Shown here one piece after another: positions 63,486 through 64,000 of a stretch of 64,000 nucleotides of DNA (position 1 is its first letter; each line of letters opens with the position of its first letter). A program made the translations under genes and the position numbers. The notes under the pieces were generated by a model. That model ran no database searches and had not been told where the DNA came from. It saw only the letters and a program-made list of their open reading frames with translations. Source of the stretch: an uncultured bacterium (GTDB lineage Bacteria; Patescibacteriota; CPR2; UBA1875; CAIMLA01); the NCBI GenBank assembly GCA_903842085.1, contig CAIMLA010000043.1, forward strand, positions 1,563-65,562, given 5' to 3'.

Positions 63486-64000
63486 ATGGATAATATATCA
63501 GGAAGTGTAAATTCATCAGAATCAATGCCTGGGCTTGAACCGACCCTGCCTGGACAAGATGAAAAAGACTTGCGAATAGGAGAAGGCATAGAAGATTCAG
63601 AAAAAACGCTTATGGATTATGGGCAAAACAATAACCCTGAAGATCCCTCTTATTTAACGAGGCTAGGCATTGAACTAGTAAATGGCGATGATCCAGAAAA
63701 TGCAGATTATAGATTAAGTAAACCTACTTCCAAATGCGAAATGTCTTTGGTCATAGCCGCAAAGGATGAGGAAGAGAGAATTGGTCCAATGCTTGAATCT
63801 CTCTCTATCCAAGAAGGTTTAGCTGATAACCTCGATAGTTTTGAAGTGATTATTATTGTAAATAATTGTACTGATTCGACTATAGAGGCAGCTCAGTTAA
63901 AAATAGAAGAAATAAATAAAAAGCTTGGAGATGAGGGCCGAACGGATAGACTGCAGGTACACTTGATTGATGTTAAGTTTAAAGACGGTGAAGGAGGCGT
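63486..64000 (+). CDS. Family 2 glycosyltransferase (3' end truncated by window edge) with about 85-aa N-terminal extension
   Basis: MSLVIAAKDEEERIGPMLESL...FEVIIIVNNCTDST matches the GT2 N-terminal Rossmann motif (cf. VSVIIPAYNEE...EIIVVDDGSTD). Runs to the window end without a stop. Confidence 0.55.
   Translation, partial: MDNISGSVNSSESMPGLEPTLPGQDEKDLRIGEGIEDSEKTLMDYGQNNNPEDPSYLTRLGIELVNGDDPENADYRLSKPTSKCEMSLVIAAKDEEERIGPMLESLSIQEGLADNLDSFEVIIIVNNCTDSTIEAAQLKIEEINKKLGDEGRTDRLQVHLIDVKFKDGEGG

Overview
This is a 64-kb stretch of bacterial chromosome with low G+C (about 40% by eye, not computed) that is densely packed with housekeeping genes, almost all on the + strand. Standard genetic code applies (TGA is used as a stop, e.g. 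at the uvrC end). Gene content, left to right: rnc (5' end cut off by the window), smc, rpsP, a KH-domain protein, trmD, a small ferredoxin, uvrB, uvrA, uvrC, a YvcK-like protein, secG, an orphan peptide-type ABC substrate-binding protein, a six-tRNA operon on the minus strand, a LysM protein, LemA plus an HtpX-like M48 protease, ligA, gatC and gatA, a cyclophilin, a hypothetical protein, gatB, dnaE, rplS, rnhB, nusA, clpC, a YacL-like PIN/TRAM protein, murB, a class-A PBP (minus strand), tyrS, recG, tRNA-Leu(TAG), trxA, tig, clpP, rpoB, rpoC, rpsL, rpsG, fusA, tuf, rpsJ, a fibre-like hypothetical protein, and a GT2 glycosyltransferase cut off at the 3' window edge. Several features point to a reduced-genome lineage, possibly Patescibacteria/CPR-like, though this is only an inference. 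Acidic low-complexity C-terminal tails sit on S16, the KH protein, L19 and NusA. rimM is missing from the rpsP-trmD cluster. rpsJ is not followed by rplC. Many genes carry near-consensus sigma-70 promoters, and several have an extended -10 box only 6-10 nt upstream of the ATG. The most unusual locus is a roughly 0.74-kb G+C-rich island (38995-39732) flanked by a perfect 15-bp inverted repeat. It carries one minus-strand gene with GC-rich codons and a histone-H1-like Lys/Ala/Arg tail, and is followed by about 440 bp of unexplained non-coding DNA. No CRISPR array, transposase or integrase was seen.
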